From: Clostridia bacterium
Lineage (GTDB): Bacteria; Bacillota; Clostridia; Oscillospirales; CAG-272
Assembly (NCBI GenBank): GCA_017472695.1
Contig: JAFUOQ010000010.1
Span: 22,187 to 86,186 of the forward strand
Direction of reading: 5' to 3'
DNA: 64,000 bases
Made by a program: the position numbers and the translations under genes. This document shows, in pieces, positions 55,954 to 64,000 of the stretch. Within the stretch, counting starts at the first letter, position 1, and every line of letters starts with the position of its first letter. Under the pieces are notes generated by a model that searched no databases, had not been told where the DNA came from, and worked only from the letters and a program-made list of their open reading frames with translations.

Positions 55954-56153
55954 AGTTATATTCCGACTGCGTCGGAGTGATATTATCGCTTACGCAATAG
56001 TGATATTGAAGCCTTACGGCTTCAGTGATATTTTATTCGCCTTCAAAACTCGCGAAGCGAATACCACTCGGCGCAAGCCGAATATCACTGCGAAGCAATA
56101 TCACTCGCCGCAAGGCGAATAAAACTGCCCAACTTCCTTATGAGAAGTTGGGC
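55954..56153. repeat. Mirror-symmetric array of eight 9-mer boxes (AGTGATATT x4 then AATATCACT x4) separated by mini-hairpins
   Basis: Left boxes at 55954 (AGTTATATT), 55976, 55999 and 56024. Right boxes at 56060 (AATACCACT), 56081, 56097 and 56118 (AATAAAACT). The hairpin spacers are:
- CCGAC-TGC-GTCGG
- GAAGCC-TTAC-GGCTTC
- CGGC-GCAA-GCCG
- GC-GAA-GC
- CGCC-GCAA-GGCG
- final GCCCAACTTC-N7-GAAGTTGGGC at 56127-56153. Confidence 0.85.
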
Positions 56154-56172
56154 AAACGAGTCTCTTTTTTTA

Positions 56173-56424
56173 TTATTTAACAGTAACAACCTTATAGTCT
56201 TTCCATCCTTAAAGTCTTAAGCCTCCTTTGTGCAAAGGGAGGTGGGTTGCGATAGCAACTCGGAGGGATTGATTATTTAACTACTACAGATACCTTGTGT
56301 GTCTTTCGATCCTTAAAGTCTTAAGCCTCCTTTGTGCAAAGGGAGGTGGGTTGCGATAGCAACTCGGAGGGATTGATTATTTAACTACTACAGATACCTT
56401 GTGTGTCTTTCCATCCTTAAAGTC
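56173..56424 (-). repeat. 104-bp tandem unit: 48-bp copy of the GH94-like CDS 3' end + 56-bp double-hairpin element; 2 units plus a diverged third CDS-end copy
   Basis: CDS-end copies at 56377-56424 (functional), 56273-56320 (1 mismatch) and 56173-56216 (diverged, 4 nt shorter). Identical elements at 56321-56376 and 56217-56272 (TTAAGCCTCCTTTGTGCAAAGGGAGGTGGGTTGCGATAGCAACTCGGAGGGATTGA). Confidence 0.9.
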
Positions 56425-58716
56425 AGGAACGATAGTGCCATCAATTGCTTTTCCATCAACAGTAATATCAAGAGCGTCAGCCTTATATTTGCCGTTTGGA
56501 TTTGAAATTGAAATTTCGTATGTAGCACCACGGAACTCACGTGTCATTGATGCCTTATCAAATGGAAGATGTGGGTCAACTTGAAGTCCCTCATATGTTG
56601 GACGAAGACCAACAAGATAGTTTTCCATAGTGTTTGTGTACCAAGCAACAGAGCCTGTAATCCAGCTGTATTCCATTTGATAAGCACTGTTTTTGTGCTC
56701 TGGACCAAAGTAACAGTTAGAGAACATATATGGTAGGCACTTGTTTTTAATTTCTGTATTATCGCCGATGATGTAGCCAGGTGCAATCTTCTTAAATAGC
56801 TCATAAGCCAGGTCAGCCTTGCCGTACTTAAGAAGTCCTAGAATCATCCAAATATTTGTGTGCGAGTAGATTGTTCCGTTTTCGCAAATACCTGGCTCCA
56901 TAGAGGAGATACGACCGATGGTTGGGTCGAATTCCTTATAGGAAGGAGTGAGTAGTAGGTAACCAACAGGAGTTGCCATATGCTCATTCATAGCATTAAT
57001 AATTGTATTAGCGCGTTCTTCAGATGCAACACCGGAAATAAGTGACCAGCATTGTGGCTCCATAAACATCTTTGCATACTTGTTTTCCTTTGAGCCAAGA
57101 GGTGAGCCGTTGTCTGTGTAACAGCGTCTGTACCATTCGCCATCCCAAGCATTATCGTTGATAGCTGTTTTTATAGCCTCTCTACGTGCAAGATAGTTTT
57201 GCTCCTTTTCGGGCATACCAAGGAATTTAGCAAGCTCAGCCATTTCAAGTAGTGCTTGAGCATAAGCGATAGAGAGCCATACACTCTCTCCGCGACCTTC
57301 CTTACCAACGCCGGTTAGTGAGTCATTCCAGTCACCAAACTTGATAAGAAGAAGGTTGTGCTCGCCCTTGTTTGATTCTAGGAAGTCAAGGGCTCTGTCC
57401 ATATGACCAAGAACAGTAGCCTCGCCCTCGTCTCTAAATGGATATACCTCATTTAGGAACTCAACATCGCCTGTCTCGCGGAGATATGCGGTCAATGTAA
57501 ACTCAAGCCAAAGAGCAGAGTCGGAGTATGCCTTTGTATCAACCGGGTTCCAACCACGAACAGCCATACCACTTGCGTATTGGTTTTGAATAGCCTCCTT
57601 TAGAATTTGCTTTGTTCTTTCATTCTTGAAGGAAACAACACCGAAGCCATGTTGAACAATATCGCGATAACCATTATAACCCCAACGGCACCAGGTAGCA
57701 CCAAAGTGTGTTGCGTGCTTGCCCCAGAAGTTGATAAGACGGTCAAAATGCTCGTCATTAGTTGTAATGTGGTTCTTTGAATATAAGTCCTTATAGTATT
57801 TTTTTGTAGCCTCAAAGTACTCGTCTTGTGTGCCGAGGTATTTTTCAGCCATTTTTACGCTATCGTCCTCACATTCGCCTGCACCTAAGATGAGTGAAAT
57901 ATCCTTGTTCTCACCTGCATCAAGTGTAATATCAAAGCGAAGAGAGCAGATTGTAGCATTTGCAGAGCCGATGGAGTTGTAGCTAACGCCATCGCGAACT
58001 ACTTGAGGAGATGCGATTGTGCCGTATTCACCAATAAATACGTTTTGGCAGCCCTCGCTACCTGTAATCTTTTCGTCAGCAACCATAAATGCAGTTAGGT
58101 AGTTGTGAGGCTTAATGAATGGGTGCTTGTTCATATAGAAGGTGTTTCTTCCCTCGTCAAAGCGAGTGCCACGATACATAGTGTCGCCATAGCTATCGAA
58201 GCCCCATTTGAATTTGAATTGGATTTGGCTATATGTAAAGATGGAGTAGGAGCGCTTCTTTGAGCCTTCGTTCTTTACTGATAATTTCCAAATTTCGCAA
58301 GCATCGTTGCCGGTTGGCACAAATAGACGCAATTTTGCCATAGTGTCACAGGTTTTATTCTCAACTATTGTGTAGCCAAGACCTTGTGTACATTTGTAGC
58401 TTTGGTATGGGTGGCAAACAGGCTCCCAGTTGAGAGTCCAAAATTCGCCAGTTTCGTTGTCACGAATAAAAACAAGGCGGTTGTAAAGGTGGTTCTTGCC
58501 AAAAACATCGTAGTCGCAGATACGACCAACGCCTGTGTAAAGCTGAATGCCCTCCGTGCCGTTGATTTGGTAGTCGAAGCAGCCTATACCCGTTTGGTGA
58601 ACATTTGCATAGCACGCATCGTTAAATAAAAAGTTGTCAAATGGACGAGGAGTGTTAGGGGATGTAATTATAAACTCGTCGCCACTTTCGTTAAAATAAC
58701 CGTATTTGTATTCCAT
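56377..58716 (-). CDS. GH94-like glycoside phosphorylase (cellobiose/chitobiose phosphorylase family)
   Basis: 779 aa. (alpha/alpha)6-type catalytic region with KFGDWNDSL and EPGICENGTIYSHTN blocks, resembling GH94 signatures. Confidence 0.6.
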   Translation of the reverse strand: MEYKYGYFNESGDEFIITSPNTPRPFDNFLFNDACYANVHQTGIGCFDYQINGTEGIQLYTGVGRICDYDVFGKNHLYNRLVFIRDNETGEFWTLNWEPVCHPYQSYKCTQGLGYTIVENKTCDTMAKLRLFVPTGNDACEIWKLSVKNEGSKKRSYSIFTYSQIQFKFKWGFDSYGDTMYRGTRFDEGRNTFYMNKHPFIKPHNYLTAFMVADEKITGSEGCQNVFIGEYGTIASPQVVRDGVSYNSIGSANATICSLRFDITLDAGENKDISLILGAGECEDDSVKMAEKYLGTQDEYFEATKKYYKDLYSKNHITTNDEHFDRLINFWGKHATHFGATWCRWGYNGYRDIVQHGFGVVSFKNERTKQILKEAIQNQYASGMAVRGWNPVDTKAYSDSALWLEFTLTAYLRETGDVEFLNEVYPFRDEGEATVLGHMDRALDFLESNKGEHNLLLIKFGDWNDSLTGVGKEGRGESVWLSIAYAQALLEMAELAKFLGMPEKEQNYLARREAIKTAINDNAWDGEWYRRCYTDNGSPLGSKENKYAKMFMEPQCWSLISGVASEERANTIINAMNEHMATPVGYLLLTPSYKEFDPTIGRISSMEPGICENGTIYSHTNIWMILGLLKYGKADLAYELFKKIAPGYIIGDNTEIKNKCLPYMFSNCYFGPEHKNSAYQMEYSWITGSVAWYTNTMENYLVGLRPTYEGLQVDPHLPFDKASMTREFRGATYEISISNPNGKYKADALDITVDGKAIDGTIVPDFKDGKTHKVSVVVK

Positions 58717-58733
58717 AATAAAGGTCCTTCCTT

Positions 58734-60518
58734 TTATAATAGTTGATCATCAGGTGTTACTCTCTCGCCAGAAAGCAACTTGTCAATAGCTAAATAAACC
58801 TTGCGGAGCTGGGTCATTGATGCGGTGTAGTCATAAATTGGCTCCTTCCAAGTAACGCTTCCGTCCTCGTTTAGATTACCGCTTTCAGCCTTCTCAAAGG
58901 CAAAGTTTACATCAATTTTATAATATGTGTATCGCACTACAACACCATCATTTCTAAATGCGGTAATTGAGTACACTATATTATCGTCTTTTTCGTAGAC
59001 TGCCATTTCCTCACTCGTCATAGTATTAAAATCGTCTATGAATGGGTAGTAAAGGAAATAAACATACAGGTTTCTGAACCAGTTTTTGTCATAAGAAATT
59101 TCAGCATTAGGATTATCTACAAATGAAAGCCCAGAATTTTGTGCCTTGACAGACAAAATCTCGTCAGTTTCGTTGTAGGTGAGAATAAAGGTTTCTTCAT
59201 TGTGTTCGCCTGTGTCCTCATTCTTTAAAGACTTTATAATGATTTTATTAAGACCGGGCGCATCCTCCTTTGCGTTTTTACAAAGGGTTTCATAAAAGCC
59301 CGAGGTAATAGAGGCTTTATCTGTCCATTTTATAAGAGAATAGGAGTCCTCCTTTAAAAATGGCATATTATCTCCCTTAACCTTAACTATTAAGTCGTCG
59401 CTGAAGTACTTGGATAAAACATAATAGTAGCCGTCAATCTCTTGACTGACGTAAAGTGCAGGCTCCTTTTGCTTGTATGCAGGAGAGGCAAAGGCTGCGT
59501 TTTCTGCAAATTTTGCGTTGATTAGATATTTTCTATCGCCATCGCTAAGACCAAATTTAGCCAAGTCCTCTGCAGTTGGAGATATAGCCACAACCTCGTC
59601 GCCGGAAAAAGCGGTGTAGAGGAGTGTGAAAACATCATTTATATAAGAGGTGGATGCAACGGTTGTCATAACCTTGCCAGCCTCATTTTTGGGATAAACA
59701 GCCTCAAAGCTTACCTCTGTGCCCTCCTTTTCCTTTACCCTAATTGTAATAATAGAAGAAAGGAGCGAGTCCTTTGAAGAATAAATTTCAAAGCTATCTA
59801 TTCCTAAAAGTGCCGCAGTTGAATCAACAAAAAATGTGTTTATAGAAGGGGAGAGATATTGAAGCATCGACATTGTAGAATAGGACTGCAAGTCGGAGGC
59901 GAGCTTATAAACGTGGTTGCGCCCCTCAATATATGCGTAGTATGTGTTGTCGGAGGAGTTGGTTTTATTACCAATCCTTACAGTATAGGATTTTTCCTCA
60001 CCCTTTTCTTTGAAATGAAGAGTGTATTTGGTTTTACAGCTACTGTCAACGCCATAATCAGCTAGCTCCTCATCGGGCACCTCTCTTATAGGGTCCTTTG
60101 TCGTTACAGTACATAGATACATACGAAGCATTTCAAAGCTAGTTGCGTTTATGGAAATATTTTTGTGCCCATCAATGCGCCAAACGTATTTTGCATTGCC
60201 CTCATCCCATACAGGCGTAAAGGAATAGCTACCTGTTTCGTTTTGAATATCTATTCTTAAAACATCTTGGTTTTCTATGAGAGGATAGGCAAGATGTGCA
60301 GCATTTCCAAAGACATCCTCGCCTTCCCAAACGTCGAAAGCGGGCTCATCCTCGTCGTCGCGAGAGGTCAGTATAACAATAAGCACAAGGCTGCCGATAA
60401 GCGACAGTAGAACCACACCTAAAATTACAAATGTGACAATTGTTTTTGTTGCGACCGAAGAGCCGGACTTGACGGTGGCTTTTGCATCTGTGGTTTTTAT
60501 TTGTTGGTTTTTACTCAT
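58734..60518 (-). CDS. DUF4340-like membrane-anchored protein (partner of GldG-type ABC systems)
   Basis: 594 aa with a single N-terminal TM. The call is positional: the gene directly follows a GldG-like gene, the usual arrangement for DUF4340. Confidence 0.45.
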   Translation of the reverse strand: MSKNQQIKTTDAKATVKSGSSVATKTIVTFVILGVVLLSLIGSLVLIVILTSRDDEDEPAFDVWEGEDVFGNAAHLAYPLIENQDVLRIDIQNETGSYSFTPVWDEGNAKYVWRIDGHKNISINATSFEMLRMYLCTVTTKDPIREVPDEELADYGVDSSCKTKYTLHFKEKGEEKSYTVRIGNKTNSSDNTYYAYIEGRNHVYKLASDLQSYSTMSMLQYLSPSINTFFVDSTAALLGIDSFEIYSSKDSLLSSIITIRVKEKEGTEVSFEAVYPKNEAGKVMTTVASTSYINDVFTLLYTAFSGDEVVAISPTAEDLAKFGLSDGDRKYLINAKFAENAAFASPAYKQKEPALYVSQEIDGYYYVLSKYFSDDLIVKVKGDNMPFLKEDSYSLIKWTDKASITSGFYETLCKNAKEDAPGLNKIIIKSLKNEDTGEHNEETFILTYNETDEILSVKAQNSGLSFVDNPNAEISYDKNWFRNLYVYFLYYPFIDDFNTMTSEEMAVYEKDDNIVYSITAFRNDGVVVRYTYYKIDVNFAFEKAESGNLNEDGSVTWKEPIYDYTASMTQLRKVYLAIDKLLSGERVTPDDQLL

Positions 60519-62275
60519 CTGCGCTTTCTCCTAAATATAACGATAAAGCCGATAATAAGAGAGATAGCAGGTAGGATAGTCATAGAAGAGACGAAAATAG
60601 AGATTGATTCCGAGGAGTTGATATCTAGGTCATAGCTATTAAACACCTTGAATTCAACATCAGTAGGATAAATCTGCTGACTTGTAGTTGCGCGAATTAG
60701 TGAACGTAAAATTTGAGTGTTTACAGAGCAGTTGACAATATGGTCGTCATCTGCAAAATCACCACCGGCACAAACCATAAGGTATGAGCTGAAGTCGACA
60801 TTACCTTGGTTTCCACCACCTTGGTTAGCAACAGTATTAACCGTGTTTGTAACAGACATTAAGGTCGCATTTTTAACGGATGCAAGGTTGGTGGTTTTGA
60901 TTATTGATTCGGTTTGAGTAAAGGTTTGGTCACCGGTATTTGCGTTTTCTGGTAGCTTTTCTGCATCTATTGTCAAGTAGATGGAATTATTATATACAGG
61001 CTTGTTGCTTGATGCGGGAAGAGAAGGGAAATATGCGCTTGTAGCCTCGTTGCTTGGTACACTTGCCTCATATCCGTCGGAAACTGAATTATATGCATCA
61101 GTAACTCTTTGCGTGTGAACATTTACACCGCCCCAGTTCTTCAAAAAGCCGTAGAAATTGTTCATTTCACCATATGAAAGGTTGGAATCAAGGAAGGTCA
61201 TAATAGTTCCATCCGTTGAAAGATAGCCCTCAAGCAAACGAATTTCGCTCTCCTCAAAATCAAATTGTGGCTCGTAGATAACAAGAGCACGAGCGTCAGA
61301 TGGGAGCTTCACTCTCTTTTCTAGCTGGCTCAAGTATACATTTGAAGCTTTATTATCGCAATCAAGAGCACTGCATTCAAAGCTGATAGGCAAGCGTATT
61401 TGTTTGTTGCCAAACGCATCTACAACCTCGGTGAGCTTTGTCTGCTCGCTATTTATATCAATGCCCCAATCCCACATAGGACTGTATTGCTCTCCACATT
61501 CATTACAAATATATATTTTTTCAGAAAGGTCAATTGCACGATATTTGTAGCCTGCATTTATGTATAGCTGTGCAAGATTTGTAATAGTAACTGCTTGAGC
61601 TGGCTCGCCCTCACTGGTTATAACATTGTCAAAGCCCTCGTCGTGGTTTACAACAAAATAAACAGTAGGCTCGTCGTCAGAGGTTAAACGGATTGACGCC
61701 TCGACTAGCTTCACCTCTCCATTATAAGCAAAAAGTGAGTAGTTGGAGTCGGCAATATAAAAGTCACCAGCCTTTAAAAGCTCGAATTGAGTGAGCTTCT
61801 CACCCTCTGGCACCTCAACGTCAGTACGCATAACGATAACGCAATTGTCAGTGATTCGTTGGTCGCCTGAAGCTAGCTTGAATTGGTTCAAGAATTTATT
61901 ATCGTCGCTTGAATGGTAGGAAACAGTGATATTGTCTAGCTTTTCTGCAAGCTGTGTTGCAGTTTGGTGAACATAAGCAAGACCAACTGCACCATCGACA
62001 GAGGAGTAGTCGCTCTCTATCTTATCCTTTGCCGCTAAAAAGACGATTTCAATTTCAGCATTTTTGTTTATTTGCTCCATAGCTGAAATAAACTCGTCAG
62101 ATGCAGAGTAAATTTGCTCGTCAGTCATATCGAAATACCAGTTAAAGCGCTCGGCAAGAACTGAAACTAGCGCATTAAATACAAGAATGATAGCAATAAG
62201 AATTGCTAAAAAGCCCGCTAAAACTGCACCGTATTTCATTTTTCTTTTGTTTGAAAATTTCTTTAAAAAGTCCAT
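60515..62275 (-). CDS. GldG-like ABC-transporter auxiliary protein
   Basis: 586 aa. TM helices at both termini with a large extracytoplasmic domain. Overlaps the downstream gene by 4 nt and follows an ABC-2 permease gene. Confidence 0.55.
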   Translation of the reverse strand: MDFLKKFSNKRKMKYGAVLAGFLAILIAIILVFNALVSVLAERFNWYFDMTDEQIYSASDEFISAMEQINKNAEIEIVFLAAKDKIESDYSSVDGAVGLAYVHQTATQLAEKLDNITVSYHSSDDNKFLNQFKLASGDQRITDNCVIVMRTDVEVPEGEKLTQFELLKAGDFYIADSNYSLFAYNGEVKLVEASIRLTSDDEPTVYFVVNHDEGFDNVITSEGEPAQAVTITNLAQLYINAGYKYRAIDLSEKIYICNECGEQYSPMWDWGIDINSEQTKLTEVVDAFGNKQIRLPISFECSALDCDNKASNVYLSQLEKRVKLPSDARALVIYEPQFDFEESEIRLLEGYLSTDGTIMTFLDSNLSYGEMNNFYGFLKNWGGVNVHTQRVTDAYNSVSDGYEASVPSNEATSAYFPSLPASSNKPVYNNSIYLTIDAEKLPENANTGDQTFTQTESIIKTTNLASVKNATLMSVTNTVNTVANQGGGNQGNVDFSSYLMVCAGGDFADDDHIVNCSVNTQILRSLIRATTSQQIYPTDVEFKVFNSYDLDINSSESISIFVSSMTILPAISLIIGFIVIFRRKRR

Positions 62276-62289
62276 TGTAGCACCCCCTT

Positions 62290-63030
62290 TTATGATAGAC
62301 GGCGCGCTTGGAACACACGCTCGCTCAAAAATAGGAAAATGCCTGTTACGGAGATATAATAGATTAGTGCGCTTATGTCAAAATATCCGTAAACAAACGC
62401 ATCAAATCTAGAAAAAATTGATAGCCAGTCGATTATGTATCTCACAGCATAAAGGCTGTCTGCATTTAAAAGATTGCCAATACCATTTATAACAAGAAGA
62501 CCAAATAAAGCACCAACAGTTAAAACGGCAGAGGCAAACATATTTTCAGTCAATGTGGAAATAAATATGCCTATCGCAATAAAGCACATGCCAACCAAAA
62601 TTAGAGCAATTAGGTTACCTATAAGCATAGCAACATTAGGCCCACTTGCACCATCTGGAGTGAAGGTAGGCAAGAAAAGAATGATAAAGTTAAGGCAGGA
62701 GAGGGCAAGATAAATAATAAACATAGTGAAAGCGCCCAAGAACTTGCCTATAACTATTGAAAATATCGAGTTAGGAGATGTCAAAATAAGCTGATCAGTC
62801 TTTGTCCTTCTTTCATCGCTAAAGCTGCGCATAGTAAGAATAGGTAAAAAGATTATCATAAGGAAAAGAATGATAGAGAAGTAGCTTGACGTGTCAGAGG
62901 TTGGCTCGTCCGCTAAAATTGTAGTGATGGAAAAAACAAAGCTCGATATAACAAGTGCAACAGCAAGAAAAATATAGCCTGTTACAGTTGTAAAATATGA
63001 GTGCATTTCCTTTTTGTATATTGCAAGCAC
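62290..63030 (-). CDS. ABC-2-type transporter permease (GldF-like)
   Basis: 246 aa with about 6 TM helices. The start overlaps the ATPase stop. Confidence 0.7.
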   Translation of the reverse strand: MLAIYKKEMHSYFTTVTGYIFLAVALVISSFVFSITTILADEPTSDTSSYFSIILFLMIIFLPILTMRSFSDERRTKTDQLILTSPNSIFSIVIGKFLGAFTMFIIYLALSCLNFIILFLPTFTPDGASGPNVAMLIGNLIALILVGMCFIAIGIFISTLTENMFASAVLTVGALFGLLVINGIGNLLNADSLYAVRYIIDWLSIFSRFDAFVYGYFDISALIYYISVTGIFLFLSERVFQARRLS

Positions 63031-63977
63031 TACTTGTTTTCTCCTTTCTGTTCGTCAATAAGCTTGATAAATAGATCCTCAAGTGTAATTTCAACGCCCT
63101 CCATAGCCATAATAGGCCAGCCCTTTTCAGCGAGAGCACGGAAAAGCATTTTTCTTATGTCAACCGAGCCTGAATACTCAATTATGTAGTTGAAGGCATC
63201 GCCCTCGCGTGTGCCATCCTGCGTTACGCGAGTAACACTGTGAATACTCTTTAATAGATTTATAACCTCCTTGTTAGGACCGGAAATCTTAACACGGAAG
63301 CGATTGTTTTGACCAAGAGTTTGGTTGATTTGAGAGGTTTTTTGGTCTGCGATAATTTTACCCTCATTAATTATAAGGATTCTGTCACAAATAGCTTGAA
63401 CCTCTGGCAAAATGTGAGTTGAAAGAATAACCGTATGCTCCTTACCAAGAGAACGGATAAGGTTTCTCATCTCAATTATTTGCTTTGGGTCAAGTCCGAC
63501 AGTTGGCTCGTCAAAAATAATAACCTCGGGGTTGCCAATGATAGCACCAGCAATTCCAACCCTTTGCTTATAACCCTTTGAAAGATTTTTTATAAGACGA
63601 TTTTTAACATCGTAAATCTTTACAAGCTCACAAATTTCTGTAAGGTGTGCCTTTTTGTTGAAGTCACAGCCCTTTAAATCAAAAACAAAGGAAAGATATT
63701 CCCAAACGGTCATATCAATATATAATGGTGGTTGCTCCGGCAAAAAGCCTATTTTCCTTTTCACCTTCATAGGCTCTAAAAACACATCAATTCCGTCAAC
63801 TAAAACAGTACCGGAGGTTGGGGAGATATAGCCTGTTATAATGTTCATTGTAGTCGATTTACCGGCACCGTTAGGGCCAAGAAAGCCGACTATCTCTCCT
63901 TTTTTGATAGAAAAGGAAACATCGTCAAGAGCATATTTGTCACCGAATTTTCTAACTAAATTATTGATTTCTATCAT
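63030..63977 (-). CDS. ABC transporter ATP-binding protein
   Basis: 315 aa. Walker A GPNGAGKSTT, signature LSKGYKQRVGIA, Walker B IIFDEPTVGLD. Confidence 0.9.
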   Translation of the reverse strand: MIEINNLVRKFGDKYALDDVSFSIKKGEIVGFLGPNGAGKSTTMNIITGYISPTSGTVLVDGIDVFLEPMKVKRKIGFLPEQPPLYIDMTVWEYLSFVFDLKGCDFNKKAHLTEICELVKIYDVKNRLIKNLSKGYKQRVGIAGAIIGNPEVIIFDEPTVGLDPKQIIEMRNLIRSLGKEHTVILSTHILPEVQAICDRILIINEGKIIADQKTSQINQTLGQNNRFRVKISGPNKEVINLLKSIHSVTRVTQDGTREGDAFNYIIEYSGSVDIRKMLFRALAEKGWPIMAMEGVEITLEDLFIKLIDEQKGENK

Positions 63978-64000
63978 GATTTCTCCTAAATCATGCGTAT

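Noticed and set aside
55954-56424. Possible CRISPR array (regularly spaced repeats)
   Set aside because: The conserved boxes are only 9 bp, and the spacers are 7-27-bp palindromes. The array is mirror-symmetric. The 104-bp tandem unit consists of duplicated CDS end plus element. There are no cas genes in the window.
56173-56424. Diversity-generating retroelement (template/variable repeat at a gene 3' end)
   Set aside because: No reverse transcriptase gene is nearby. The two recent copies differ at a single C/G position rather than showing adenine-specific mutagenesis. The repeats include the stop codon and non-coding element sequence.
1-64000. tRNA, rRNA, tmRNA, integrase or intact transposase genes that could explain the accessory segments
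   Set aside because: None was recognisable by eye in any intergenic region or ORF translation. The only transposase-like sequence is the decayed RAYT-like relic at 13.3 kb. A tRNAscan/Infernal run would be needed for certainty.

Overview
64-kb chromosomal window from a low/moderate-GC, spore-forming, anaerobic Firmicute. Gene content looks Clostridia-like: spoIIE, split transketolase, PFOR, PPDK, FabK-type FAS II. I count about 53 protein-coding genes and saw no rRNA, tRNA or CRISPR by eye. Housekeeping genes (tkt, PFOR, ppdK, glyA, secG, rnr, yifB/comM-like) are interrupted by three accessory segments. (i) An AT-rich type II R-M cassette at 9.17-11.53 kb: HTH-fused Dam-family MTase, small PD-ExK nuclease, second MTase. 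(ii) An AT-rich 4-kb segment at 17.9-21.5 kb with a frameshifted secreted S8 protease and a lipoprotein. (iii) A somewhat GC-richer ~14.5-kb block at 29.0-43.7 kb. It carries a fabH-less acpP-fabK-fabD-fabG-fabF-accB-fabZ-accC-accD-accA operon extended by an acyl-CoA synthetase, then a plsX remnant, a PAS + SARP/OmpR-type winged-helix regulator, a 4HBT thioesterase and a MATE exporter. The -35 region of that operon's promoter is occupied by six direct repeats phased at exactly 11 bp. The most unusual layer is non-coding. Most terminator-proximal intergenic regions are filled with a shuffled library of GTAG-headed hairpin modules (REP/BIME-like). A decayed RAYT-like transposase gene sits at 13.3 kb. 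A DUF559 nuclease gene is embedded between repeat arrays, including a mirror array of AATATCACT boxes with GNRA mini-hairpins. At two independent loci a small double-hairpin element is flanked by ~48-bp duplications of the 3' end of the adjacent gene; at one locus the gene end is triplicated. The best candidates for undescribed biology are this repeat/3'-end-duplication system and the regulator-coupled FAS-like island. All functional calls are motif-level readings of the supplied translations; no database search was possible.
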